Positions 28,470 through 37,251 of a stretch of DNA of 64,000 nucleotides are shown here, piece by piece. This DNA is from Bacteroidales bacterium. Lineage in GTDB: Bacteria > Bacteroidota > Bacteroidia > Bacteroidales > WCHB1-69. Position numbers and translations under genes: made by a program. Numbering within the stretch: position 1 is the first letter of the stretch; every line of letters begins with the position of its first letter. The notes beneath the pieces were generated by a model, which was not told where the DNA came from, made no database searches, and worked only from the letters and a program-made list of their open reading frames with translations. The stretch is taken from positions 197,385 through 261,384 of the forward strand of contig JAFZIP010000005.1 of NCBI GenBank assembly GCA_017554325.1. Reading direction: 5' to 3'.

Positions 28470-28583
28470 GGTGTTTTCAGACCACAAAAATACCAAACTT
28501 TTATATAAGATTGGCGGCGCCTCGGCAAACCGAGCAAGCTCGTTTTCTCTCGGTTTGCGCAATCTTTGAAAGCAATTCACAAC
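28470..28583 (-). CRISPR. Degenerate seventh repeat carrying the same 64-nt insertion (copy B)
   Basis: Plus strand: GGTGTTTTCAGACCACAAAAATACCAAACTTTT + 64-nt insert + TGAAAGCAATTCACAAC. The right 17 nt are identical to the repeat. The left part is diverged but alignable, and on the minus strand it keeps a TATTTTTG box (28485-28492). Confidence 0.8.
28503..28566. repeat. 64-nt palindromic insertion, copy B (2 substitutions relative to copy A)
   Basis: Direct comparison with 28028-28091 shows it is identical except G->T and C->T in ...CTCGTTT[G/T]CTCTCGG[C/T]TTGCG.... Confidence 0.85.
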
Positions 28584-28608
28584 TAGATATACGCACCAAG
28601 CATGAGCC

Positions 28609-28710
28609 CCTGCGTGCCGTTGGCACGCCATCCCATTAACCCCGCACAGCTTGTCTGTGTGGGGTAGCGCAACGGTCCTCCCTGTCAGCCTGCGTGCCGG
28701 AGGCACGCCG
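28609..28710 (-). repeat. Three-hairpin intergenic element (copy 1, inverted relative to the copy at 55829)
   Basis: Hairpins are GCGTGCC-gtt-GGCACGC, CCCCGCACAG-cttgt-CTGTGTGGGG and GCGTGCC-gga-GGCACGC. Its reverse complement aligns with 55829-55938. Confidence 0.75.
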
Positions 28711-28748
28711 TATCTTGAAGTCGCAATTTGCGACATCAAGAAAATCAC

Positions 28749-28756
28749 TATCTTTG
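28749..28756 (+). promoter_or_regulatory. -7 promoter box (TATCTTTG) upstream of uvrC
   Basis: TAnnTTTG match 32 nt upstream of the uvrC ATG. Confidence 0.5.
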
Positions 28757-28787
28757 CCACCTATTTCTATCCACCACAACCACCCAC

Positions 28788-30572
28788 ATGTCCGAGGTCC
28801 GCGAAAATCTGAAACTCATTCTCAAATCCCTGCCAGAAAAGCCGGGCGTGTATCGGTTTTTAGACGAAAAGGGTACCATCATCTATGTGGGCAAGGCCAA
28901 ACGGCTAAAACGGCGCGTCTCCTCCTACTTCAACAAAGAACACGACTCGGCCAAAGTGCGCCTGCTCGTCACCAAAATCCGCGACATCCAAACCACCGTG
29001 GTCGATTCCGAATGGGAAGCCCTGCTCCTCGAAAACAGCATGATCAAGCAGTTCAAACCGCACTACAACATCATGCTCAAAGACGACAAATCCTACCCCT
29101 GGATTGCCGTCACCAAAGAGGAATTCCCGAGAATATTCCCCACGCGCCACCCCGAGCCTGACAAGATGCAGCTTTTCGGCCCCTACTCTTCCGTCAAACA
29201 GATGAACGTGCTGTTGGACACCATCAACGAGATGTTCCCGCTGCGCAAGTGCCGCCGGCTGGTGCACAACGACCGGCCTTGCATGCAATACCAAATTCAC
29301 CAGTGCGCCGCACCGTGCTGCGGACTCATCTCCGCGGAAGAATACCAGGAGAACATCCGCAAGAGTGTGGATATCATCAAAGGCAACCGGAAGGAGGTCA
29401 TCGGCAAACTCAAAGAAGAGATGATGAAACATGCTGACAAATGGGAGTTCGAGGAGGCCGGCAACATCAAGAAACAGATTGACATCTTGGAAAACTTTGT
29501 AATCAAATCCGTGGTGGTCAACCCGTCGCTCACCAACTTGGACGTGTTCGGCATGGAAGAGGACGAAGATTGCGCCTACATCAGTTTCCTGCGCATCGTT
29601 GATGGCGCCATCGTGCAGGCGCACACGCTGGAGATCAACAACAAGATGGACCGCAGCCAAGAGGATCTGCTCTGGGCCGGCATCCTGGAAATGGACGAGC
29701 GATTAGGCGGCCTATTTTCCGACATCTTAGTGCCTGCGATGCCCACGATCGAAACCGACAAGTGGTCGTTCCAGGTGCCGCAACGTGGCGACAAGCGCAA
29801 GCTGGTGGAATTAGCGGAGCGCAACGCCCATTTCTACATGCTGGAGAAGAAGAAACGACAGGACTTGGTCAATCCCGAGCGCCGGAGCCAGCGCGTGCTC
29901 ATGGCCCTGCAACAAGCATTAGGCATGAAGACCCTGCCCCGCCGCATCGAGTGCTTCGACAACTCCAACACCCAGGGCGAAGAACCCGTGGCCGCTATGA
30001 GCTGCTTTATCGACGGCAAACCTGCCAAGAAAGAATATCGCCATTTCAACATCAAAACCGTGGTCGGCGCCGACGACTTCGCCTCCATGGAGGAGGTGAT
30101 CTATCGCCGCTATCACCGACTACTGGAGGAGGAGAAGCCCCTGCCCGACCTCGTGGTCATCGATGGCGGCAAGGGACAGTTGAACGCCGCTTGGAAATCC
30201 ATCCAAGCTTTGCACATCGAAGACCGCCTGATGATGGTGGGCATCGCCAAGCGACTGGAAGACATCTACAAGGTGGGCGATGAATACCCCATCTATATCG
30301 ACAAGAAATCGGAGGCCCAGAAGCTGCTGCAACATGTGCGTGACGAGGTGCACCGTTTCGGCATTACGCACCATCGCAAGCGTCGGTCCAAAGCCAGCAT
30401 CTCCTCGGTTTTGGACAATGCACCCGGCATCGGCCCCGTGCTCAAACAACGGCTTTTGGGCAAATTCAAGAGCGTGGCCCGCATCCGCGAGGCCTCTCCG
30501 ACCGAGCTTTCCGAGCTCATTGGTCCCGCCAAGGCTGCACAACTGCGGGAATATCTCACTTCTGCACAATAG
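28788..30572 (+). CDS. uvrC: Excinuclease ABC subunit C
   Basis: GIY-YIG N-terminus (PGVYRFLDEKGTIIYVGKAKRLKRRVSSYF), a UVR domain, and the C-terminal endonuclease plus HhH region. I chose the ATG at 28788 as the start. Confidence 0.93.
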   Translation: MSEVRENLKLILKSLPEKPGVYRFLDEKGTIIYVGKAKRLKRRVSSYFNKEHDSAKVRLLVTKIRDIQTTVVDSEWEALLLENSMIKQFKPHYNIMLKDDKSYPWIAVTKEEFPRIFPTRHPEPDKMQLFGPYSSVKQMNVLLDTINEMFPLRKCRRLVHNDRPCMQYQIHQCAAPCCGLISAEEYQENIRKSVDIIKGNRKEVIGKLKEEMMKHADKWEFEEAGNIKKQIDILENFVIKSVVVNPSLTNLDVFGMEEDEDCAYISFLRIVDGAIVQAHTLEINNKMDRSQEDLLWAGILEMDERLGGLFSDILVPAMPTIETDKWSFQVPQRGDKRKLVELAERNAHFYMLEKKKRQDLVNPERRSQRVLMALQQALGMKTLPRRIECFDNSNTQGEEPVAAMSCFIDGKPAKKEYRHFNIKTVVGADDFASMEEVIYRRYHRLLEEEKPLPDLVVIDGGKGQLNAAWKSIQALHIEDRLMMVGIAKRLEDIYKVGDEYPIYIDKKSEAQKLLQHVRDEVHRFGITHHRKRRSKASISSVLDNAPGIGPVLKQRLLGKFKSVARIREASPTELSELIGPAKAAQLREYLTSAQ

Positions 30573-30639
30573 AGGGAGAGCAATTCTTTCATCCTTTATT
30601 TTTTATATATTTGCGGCTTGAAACATAAAACACACCAAT

Positions 30640-32808
30640 ATGAGAAAGTCGCTACTCTTTACCCTTTTGTTCGCAGCCATCTTCAGTATCGCACGCGCCG
30701 ACGGTGGCATGTGGCTGCCCCTGTTCCTGAACTACAACGAGGCTGAAATGCAATCGCTTGGCTTCAAGCTCACCGCGGAAGATGTCTATAGCGTGAACCA
30801 CCACAGCATGAAAGACGCCGTGATGCTCTTCGGCGGCGGTTGCACCGGTGAGCTCATCTCCTCCCAAGGCTTGGTGCTCACCAACCACCACTGCGGCTAC
30901 TCGTACGTGCAGTCGCACAGCACCATGGAACAGAACCACCTGCAAAACGGCTTCTGGGCCAAGAACAAAAGTGAGGAAATCCCCATGGAGGGTCTCACCG
31001 TCACCTTCCTGATCTACATGCAGGACGTGACCGAGCAAGTGCTCCAAGATGTAAACGACCAGATGGACGAGGCTGAACGTAAGATCATCATCGACAACAA
31101 CATAAAAGATGTCATCAAGAAAGCTACCGAAGGCACCACCTACAAGGCTTCCATCAAGCCTTTCTACTATGGCAACCAGTATTTCATGTTCGTGACGGAG
31201 ACCTATAGCGACGTGCGCCTCGTGGGCGTCCCGCCCGAAAGCATCGGCAAGTTCGGCGGCGACAGCGACAACTGGATGTGGCCGCGCCACACGGGTGACT
31301 TCTCCCTCTGGCGCATCTACACCGACAAAGACGGCAAGCCCGCCAAATACTCTCCCGACAACATCCCGATGGTGCCGAAGAAATACTTCCCCATCTCCAT
31401 CAAAGGTCTGGAGCCCAACGACTTCACTTTGGTATTCGGTTATCCGGGCACCACGCGCCAGTTCTTGCTTTCCGACGGCGTGGATGTGGTGGCCAACGTG
31501 CAGAACCCCATCGCCATCGACGCGCGCACCATCCGACTGGACGCCATGAAACGCCAGATGAACCTCGACCCACGCATCCGGTTGATGTACTCCGCCAAGG
31601 CCAACAGCATCTCCAACGGCTGGAAGAAATGGCAGGGCGAGAGCAAGGGCATCCTCGAATGCGATGTCATCGGCAAGAAAAGAGCCCAGGAGGCCGACTT
31701 CCAACGCTGGGTGAACGCCAACGCCGACCGCCAGAAACAATATGGCAGCCTACTCGCCGACATGCGCAAGGTATATCAGGACTTCGCCAAGCAGACCGAT
31801 GCCAGCACTTTCGTCAACGAGTGCGTTTTCGGCCCCGAAATCATCAGCCACATCGTACACCCATACTACAGTCTGCTTGTCTCGCCCATACTCAAAGGAG
31901 AGAATGCCTCATTGGAGTCCAACCGCGAGAATCTCCTCAAGAGGAACCAGTCCTTCCGCGAGAGTTACTGTCTCGATATTGACAAGGAGGCTTTTGTAGA
32001 ACTGTTCACCTACTATTTCACCAAAGAGAAAAAAGAGCTCATCCCTGCTGAACTGCACAAGTACGTGCAAGACGAGGCCACCGTGCGCCAGATGATGACC
32101 GTCCTCTGGGACAAGCAGGCCACCACCGCGCCCTACTTCACCGATAACAACAAGTACATCGACTTTATCAGCAAGGCCAATGCCAAACAGCTTGCCAAGA
32201 CTGCCAATTCGGAATTGGTGAAAATCTACTGCACCATACTGGACGAATATTGGCGCGTGAGAAACCATTACATGGCCGACAACAACCAGCTAGACGCCTA
32301 TTATCGCACCTACGTCAAGGCGTTGATGGAGAAAGACACAGACCGCGTCTTCTATCCGGACGCCAACCTCACGTTGCGTGTTACCTACGGCCAGGTGAAG
32401 GGCTTTGAGCCTGCCGACGGCGTACAATACAATTACTACACCACGTTGGACGGCATCATGCAGAAGGAGAATCCGGATGTATATGATTACAAGGTAGATC
32501 CGAAGCTGAAACAGTTGTGGGAGAAGAAGGACTACGGCCGTTACGCCAACAAGAACGGCGAGCTGCCGGTGGCTTTCATTGCCAGCAACCACACCACGGG
32601 CGGCAACTCGGGCAGCCCAGTCATCAATGCCGAGGGACAGCTGGTGGGCACCAACTTCGACCGCGTGTGGGAAGGCACCATGAGCGACATCTGGTACGAC
32701 GTGAGCCGTTGCCGCAATATCAGTCTCGACGCCCGCTATTTCCTCTTCATCGTCGATAAGTTCGCTGGCGCGAAGAACCTCATTGAGGAGATGGATATTA
32801 TAGAGTAA
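30640..32808 (+). CDS. S46-family dipeptidyl-peptidase (DPP7/DPP11-like)
   Basis: The signal peptide is followed by DGGMWLP. The catalytic His context is LVLTNHHCG and the catalytic Ser context is GGNSGSPVIN. Confidence 0.88.
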   Translation: MRKSLLFTLLFAAIFSIARADGGMWLPLFLNYNEAEMQSLGFKLTAEDVYSVNHHSMKDAVMLFGGGCTGELISSQGLVLTNHHCGYSYVQSHSTMEQNHLQNGFWAKNKSEEIPMEGLTVTFLIYMQDVTEQVLQDVNDQMDEAERKIIIDNNIKDVIKKATEGTTYKASIKPFYYGNQYFMFVTETYSDVRLVGVPPESIGKFGGDSDNWMWPRHTGDFSLWRIYTDKDGKPAKYSPDNIPMVPKKYFPISIKGLEPNDFTLVFGYPGTTRQFLLSDGVDVVANVQNPIAIDARTIRLDAMKRQMNLDPRIRLMYSAKANSISNGWKKWQGESKGILECDVIGKKRAQEADFQRWVNANADRQKQYGSLLADMRKVYQDFAKQTDASTFVNECVFGPEIISHIVHPYYSLLVSPILKGENASLESNRENLLKRNQSFRESYCLDIDKEAFVELFTYYFTKEKKELIPAELHKYVQDEATVRQMMTVLWDKQATTAPYFTDNNKYIDFISKANAKQLAKTANSELVKIYCTILDEYWRVRNHYMADNNQLDAYYRTYVKALMEKDTDRVFYPDANLTLRVTYGQVKGFEPADGVQYNYYTTLDGIMQKENPDVYDYKVDPKLKQLWEKKDYGRYANKNGELPVAFIASNHTTGGNSGSPVINAEGQLVGTNFDRVWEGTMSDIWYDVSRCRNISLDARYFLFIVDKFAGAKNLIEEMDIIE

Positions 32809-32820
32809 AAACATCAAGCT

Positions 32821-34185
32821 ATGATTTCCTTTGAGAACATAGACAAGTTCGACTGGTTGTACGATTTCTACATGAACTATCTGTGCATCATGCACAACCA
32901 TATCTACTACCGTCACTTTTACATCCTCAACCAGGAGAACATCCCCGAGAAAGGGCAACCCACCATCGTGATTGCCAACCACCAGAACGGCATGATGGAC
33001 GCTATGGCCATCTTGCACACCATGTTCCGCGATCGTCGTCAGCCCGTGTTCATCGCGCGTGGCGACATCTTCAAGAAGGACAGCGTGGCCCGCATCCTGC
33101 GATTCCTCAAAATCATGCCCACCTTCCGCAGCCGCGACGGGAACGTGAGCGACGTGAAGAGCAACTTGGCCCTCTACAACCGCGCGGCCCGCGTGCTGCG
33201 CAAGGGCGGCACGCTCGTCATCTTCCCCGAGGCCACGCACCAGAGCGGACATTTCATGAATACATTCAAGAAAGGATTCGCGCGCATCGCCTTCTCCGCC
33301 GAAGAACTGAACGACTTCCAACTCGGTCTCCAAGTACTACCCCTCAACATCCACTACTCCAACTATTTCAACTTCCGCAGCGACCTGATGGTCACTGTGG
33401 GAAAACCCTTCACCTTTGAAGAGTTGTTCGACACCTACAAGGAGAACCACGACAAAGGCTATCTTGCCCTCAACGAGAAGGCCCGCGCCCGCGTGAAGGA
33501 GATCACCCCCGACATCGACATCCCCGAATACTATAACGAAATTGACGCTCTCACCCAGATGATGAGTGAGCCGTTGCTCAAATCCAAAGGGCTCAATCCT
33601 AACAATCTGCCCAACCAGAAGGATGCGGCCATGACCATCATCGCCAACATCCGGCAGTACCGCGACAACGCGCCCGACAAATTCGAGCAACTCATGCTCA
33701 AGATGCGTGAGTACATGTCGTTGTTGAAAAACATGGGGCTGCAGAACTGGATTGTCAACCGCAAACTGTCCATGTTCCGACTGGTGCTTCGTATTTTGTC
33801 CATGATTGTCACCTTCCCGCTATATCTGTTCGGGTTCATCAACAACTACGTGCCACGCGCCATCACGAAGCATTTCACCAACAGGATCAAGGACCCCATG
33901 CTGCACTCCTCGTTCCAGTATGTGCTTGGCACCGTGATCACCTTCCCAATCTTCTATCTGCTGATTTTAGCCATCGTCTGGATTGTCAGCAAACACTTCT
34001 GGATCGCCTTGATCTATGTTGTCCTCACCTTCCTCACCGCTTTCTTCGTACACTACTACAAAATCGCATTCCGCAAGCTGCGCACCTTCTTCCGCGCACG
34101 CTATTTCCGCAAGACTGACGACTACCAACGTCTCTGTCAGCTCAACACGGAAATCAATGAGGAAATGGAGGGGATTATTTTCTAA
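32821..34185 (+). CDS. Lysophospholipid / 1-acyl-glycerol-3-phosphate acyltransferase-family protein with a C-terminal membrane region
   Basis: HX4D motif (ANHQNGMMDA), an FPEATHQSG motif, and C-terminal TM helices. Confidence 0.75.
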   Translation: MISFENIDKFDWLYDFYMNYLCIMHNHIYYRHFYILNQENIPEKGQPTIVIANHQNGMMDAMAILHTMFRDRRQPVFIARGDIFKKDSVARILRFLKIMPTFRSRDGNVSDVKSNLALYNRAARVLRKGGTLVIFPEATHQSGHFMNTFKKGFARIAFSAEELNDFQLGLQVLPLNIHYSNYFNFRSDLMVTVGKPFTFEELFDTYKENHDKGYLALNEKARARVKEITPDIDIPEYYNEIDALTQMMSEPLLKSKGLNPNNLPNQKDAAMTIIANIRQYRDNAPDKFEQLMLKMREYMSLLKNMGLQNWIVNRKLSMFRLVLRILSMIVTFPLYLFGFINNYVPRAITKHFTNRIKDPMLHSSFQYVLGTVITFPIFYLLILAIVWIVSKHFWIALIYVVLTFLTAFFVHYYKIAFRKLRTFFRARYFRKTDDYQRLCQLNTEINEEMEGIIF

Positions 34186-35065
34186 AATTCATCTGGCTCA
34201 ACACCACACCGACTACTACCAGCAGAACGCCGGCACACTTCTGCAGGGTAATGGTTTCTTGGCCAATCAAGGCTGCACAGAACAGCGTAACGATGGGGAT
34301 GGCGTTGGCGAAAACCGACACTTTCGTGACGGTAATCTTCTTTGCTGCAAACGAATAGCACATGTACGCGCCGGAGGAACAGAGCACTGCCAGACAAAGC
34401 AGACTTGACACGTTGCTCCACGACCATACCAGTCCACCCCAATGCCTTAGGTCAAAGATTAACACAAACGGCAGATAGAACGGGATGGCCAGCAGGTTCT
34501 GCATGGTCGTCACGGTAATCGGGCTGTAGGTTCTCAGCATCCGGCTCAACATCACGGAATAGCCTGCGGCGGCCAGCACCGCCACCATGAGGATGGCCAC
34601 ACCCTTGAAGTTGACTTGCAGCGAACCGCTGAAGCCGAAGGTCATGATGAAGACGCCTAGCACGGAGACCACTGTTCCGATGAAGAACTCCGGTTGCAGG
34701 GCCTCGCCCTCCGCAAAGTGCATGGTAATGGAGACCACGATGGGAATCAGGGCAATCATCACTGCCGCAAAACTGGCATCCACGAACATCATGCCGAAAT
34801 CCTCGCCGATGAAGTAGAGAAACGGCTCGAAGAAAGCCAACAGCAGGAACATCTTCCAATCTCCCTTCTGAATTTTTTCCAGTTTGTGCTGGAGTTTGAA
34901 CAGGGTGACAAAGATAAGGGACGCGATGACCAGACGGAGAAAGACGATGGTAAACACGGGGAATCCGCTGTTCAGCAGATGCTTGGTCCACACGAAGCTC
35001 ATGCCCCAGAAGAGCATAGCAATGGTGATGGCAATATAGCCGGCCAGTTTCGGATTCTTTTCCAT
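34175..35065 (-). CDS. EamA/DMT-family transporter
   Basis: 296 aa with about 10 TM helices and a duplicated EamA-like architecture. Confidence 0.75.
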   Translation of the reverse strand: MEKNPKLAGYIAITIAMLFWGMSFVWTKHLLNSGFPVFTIVFLRLVIASLIFVTLFKLQHKLEKIQKGDWKMFLLLAFFEPFLYFIGEDFGMMFVDASFAAVMIALIPIVVSITMHFAEGEALQPEFFIGTVVSVLGVFIMTFGFSGSLQVNFKGVAILMVAVLAAAGYSVMLSRMLRTYSPITVTTMQNLLAIPFYLPFVLIFDLRHWGGLVWSWSNVSSLLCLAVLCSSGAYMCYSFAAKKITVTKVSVFANAIPIVTLFCAALIGQETITLQKCAGVLLVVVGVVLSQMNFRK

Positions 35066-35069
35066 AGTC

Positions 35070-35825
35070 TTATTGGATAGATTTGGAAGCCTGATACAGG
35101 ATAATGGAGGTGGCGACCGCAGCGTTCAGCGACTCGGCCGTAGCCCGATGAGCCGCCGGGGTCGGGATGGTGGTGGGATTGGTGACCAACGCGGCCACTT
35201 CCGGCGAGATGCCATTCGACTCGCTGCCGATGACGATGATGTCGGTGGGCCGGAACGCGAAGTTATGGATAGACTCGCCTTGCAGGAAGGCACCCAGTAT
35301 GCGCTGTTGGTCGGCGCGCGCCCGCAGGAACGGCACGAGCGCCTGCGTGTGCACGTGCACGTGCGCGAATGAGCCCATGGTGGCCTGGATGGTTTTGGGG
35401 TTGTAAAACTCCACGCAGTCGGGCGAGCAGACGATATGGCGGAAGTTGAACCAGTCGGCGGTGCGGATGATAGTGCCCATGTTGCCAGGGTCGGCGATGC
35501 GGTCGAGCACCAGCAGTAGCTCGTTGTTGGGCACTTCGCCCAAATCTTGCCGTTGGCGGGCAATGGCGAGCAGCTCCGGAGGGGTACTCAGGGTGCTGAT
35601 GCGCTCCATGTCCGCCGGAGCCACCAACGTGACGGGCTGCTGCTCCAACATGGCCCAGTTCTGGGCATAGACCTCCTCTGTAGCAAACAATTCCACAATC
35701 TGGAAATCCGACCGCAGCAGCATCTCCACGCTCTTGCGTCCCTCCACAATGAAAAGGCGCTCCGCGTCGCGGAACTTCTTCTGGTGCAGTTTGCGGATTT
35801 CGGAAATCTTATTCTTGCTGATCAT
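35070..35825 (-). CDS. TrmH/SpoU-family RNA 2'-O-methyltransferase
   Basis: LVLDRIADPGNMGTIIRTADWF..., IVIGSESNGIS and SLNAAVATSIILY (SpoU motifs). I prefer the ATG at 35825 over the TTG at 35840. Confidence 0.8.
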   Translation of the reverse strand: MISKNKISEIRKLHQKKFRDAERLFIVEGRKSVEMLLRSDFQIVELFATEEVYAQNWAMLEQQPVTLVAPADMERISTLSTPPELLAIARQRQDLGEVPNNELLLVLDRIADPGNMGTIIRTADWFNFRHIVCSPDCVEFYNPKTIQATMGSFAHVHVHTQALVPFLRARADQQRILGAFLQGESIHNFAFRPTDIIVIGSESNGISPEVAALVTNPTTIPTPAAHRATAESLNAAVATSIILYQASKSIQ

Positions 35826-36249
35826 CGGGAAGAGATTCAAATTCGGTGAACATTTTTTTGTACTCTTCCCGGATAGGAATAGACTGATGTGTGACGCGGT
35901 CGAAACCGGCCAGCACGCTATAGCAGGTGGTCTTCACCGTGCCGGTGCGTGTGTCGCGCAGCTGCTGCATCATCTTGACGCTTTTGTTTCCGATGGAAAG
36001 GACTCGGGTTTCGCAGACAATATGGTCATGGAATTCGATGCCCTCACGGAAATCCATCTCCACGTGAACCAACACCATGTCCATCTCGCGCCAGTCGATG
36101 GGCTTATGGAACACCTCTTCGAAATAAGAGCTGCGTCCAAAATCGAAGTAGTTGCACTGGGCTCCGTTGTTGACATGCACAAACGGATCCAAATCGCTCA
36201 TTCTCACCTGGATGGGAACGGAAAAGTTGTATTTTTCGGTGGTCTGCAT
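35809..36249 (-). CDS. Acyl-CoA thioesterase (4HBT / YbgC-like hotdog fold)
   Basis: 146 aa. The N-terminus VPIQVRMSDLDPFVHVNNGAQCNYFDFGRSSYF is typical of the family. Confidence 0.7.
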   Translation of the reverse strand: MQTTEKYNFSVPIQVRMSDLDPFVHVNNGAQCNYFDFGRSSYFEEVFHKPIDWREMDMVLVHVEMDFREGIEFHDHIVCETRVLSIGNKSVKMMQQLRDTRTGTVKTTCYSVLAGFDRVTHQSIPIREEYKKMFTEFESLPDDQQE

Positions 36250-36291
36250 ATTAAAAAAGGGGAATGTTACTTCCCCGATATTGCGTTATTT

Positions 36292-36368
36292 TAGCTATTC
36301 GCTATTGGCTGTTAGCTATTGGCCTTTAAGCCAACTGCTAATGGCTAATGGCCAACGGCCAATTACAT
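36292..36368. repeat. Degenerate 7-nt periodic tract (TAGCTAT TCGCTAT TGGCTGT TAGCTAT TGGCCTT TAAGCCA ACTGCTA ATGGCTA ATGGCCA ACGGCCA)
   Basis: Read directly from the sequence. The two halves are roughly inverted-complementary. It lies between the rpsT stop and the start of the thioesterase gene. Confidence 0.65.
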
Positions 36369-36614
36369 AGCATTGATTTTCTTCATCAAGCCGGACTTGA
36401 GGTTAGCGGCTTTGTTTTTGTGAATCATGCCTCTCTTGGCGAGTTTGTCAATCATGGAGGTCATGTCAGACAATTTCTGTGTAGCCTCGTTCTTATCCTC
36501 AATAGCACGGATGTCTCTCAGCGCGTTGCGCATGGTTTTGGAATAATAGCGGTTGGCCTGTCTTTTTCTTTCGTTTGCTCTAATTCTCTTAATGGATGAC
36601 TTATGATTTGCCAT
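36363..36614 (-). CDS. rpsT: 30S ribosomal protein S20
   Basis: [33 protein letters not shown]... is the canonical S20 sequence. Confidence 0.93.
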   Translation of the reverse strand: MANHKSSIKRIRANERKRQANRYYSKTMRNALRDIRAIEDKNEATQKLSDMTSMIDKLAKRGMIHKNKAANLKSGLMKKINAM

Positions 36615-36747
36615 TTCTTACTTTGATTTATAATTTTTTACGTTTTAAATTTTCGGGCTGCAAAAGTACACTTTTTTTCAAATAGTTCAAGGGGAGGGAA
36701 AAAATATTTTGCAATGATGTAGAATTCGACCAATAATGCAGAAAATA

Positions 36748-36796
36748 TTCCCCTTCTATTTTAGAAGGGGTGGCCGTAGGCCGGGGTAGTAATATT
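36748..36796 (+). repeat. Short form of the 'CCCCTTCT...GGGGTAGTAATAT' element (left inverted repeat of the DUF559 cassette)
   Basis: TTCCCCTTCTATTTTAGAAGGGGTGGCCGTAGGCCGGGGTAGTAATATT. The reverse complement of 37252-37300 is TTCCCCTTCTAAAATAGAAGGGGTGCCCAAAGGGCGGGGTAGTAATAT. Confidence 0.8.
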
Positions 36797-36808
36797 AGCA
36801 AATATTCC

Positions 36809-37228
36809 TTATTGATTATCTTCGTGCTCATAATGATTGACAATGAAATCTCTCAAATCCTCCAGCACTAGATCCACATGTTGCAGTACATCGTAGTCCG
36901 TTGTGTGGAACACCTTCAATCCCAGTCCTTCCAAAAAATCATCACGCAGAGAATCATAGTCCTCTTTCTCGTTGTGGGATCCTCCATCTATTTCCACCAC
37001 AAGGCCGAGCCGCTTTGCATAAAAATCAACAATGTAGTTCCCGATGACCTTCTGTCTGTCGAAATCAATCCCGTGGAACGATTTCTTGTGAATCTGAAGC
37101 CAGAATGCGATCTCTGCCATATTGCCTGATTTCCGGTTCCTGCGGGCATAGCCCGACAGTTCATGGTTCACAGGAAGATTATGGACATAGTTATCTTTGA
37201 TTTTGTTTCCGTTTATGATGGTTGTCAC
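36809..37228 (-). CDS. DUF559 (Vsr-like endonuclease fold) domain protein
   Basis: 139 aa. FDRQKVIGNYIVDFYAKRLGLVVEIDGGSHNEKEDYDSLRDDFLEGLGLKVFH matches the DUF559 pattern (F.RQ...DF......iE.DG..H......D..R...L...G). Confidence 0.8.
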   Translation of the reverse strand: MTTIINGNKIKDNYVHNLPVNHELSGYARRNRKSGNMAEIAFWLQIHKKSFHGIDFDRQKVIGNYIVDFYAKRLGLVVEIDGGSHNEKEDYDSLRDDFLEGLGLKVFHTTDYDVLQHVDLVLEDLRDFIVNHYEHEDNQ

Positions 37229-37251
37229 TTTAACAAGGATTTCAGATGTTT

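Noticed and set aside
30652-33333. Long minus-strand ORFs 30652-31740 (362 aa) and 32290-33333 (347 aa).
   Set aside because: They are antisense to the S46 peptidase and the acyltransferase. They are typical high-GC shadow ORFs (V/G/H/D-rich).
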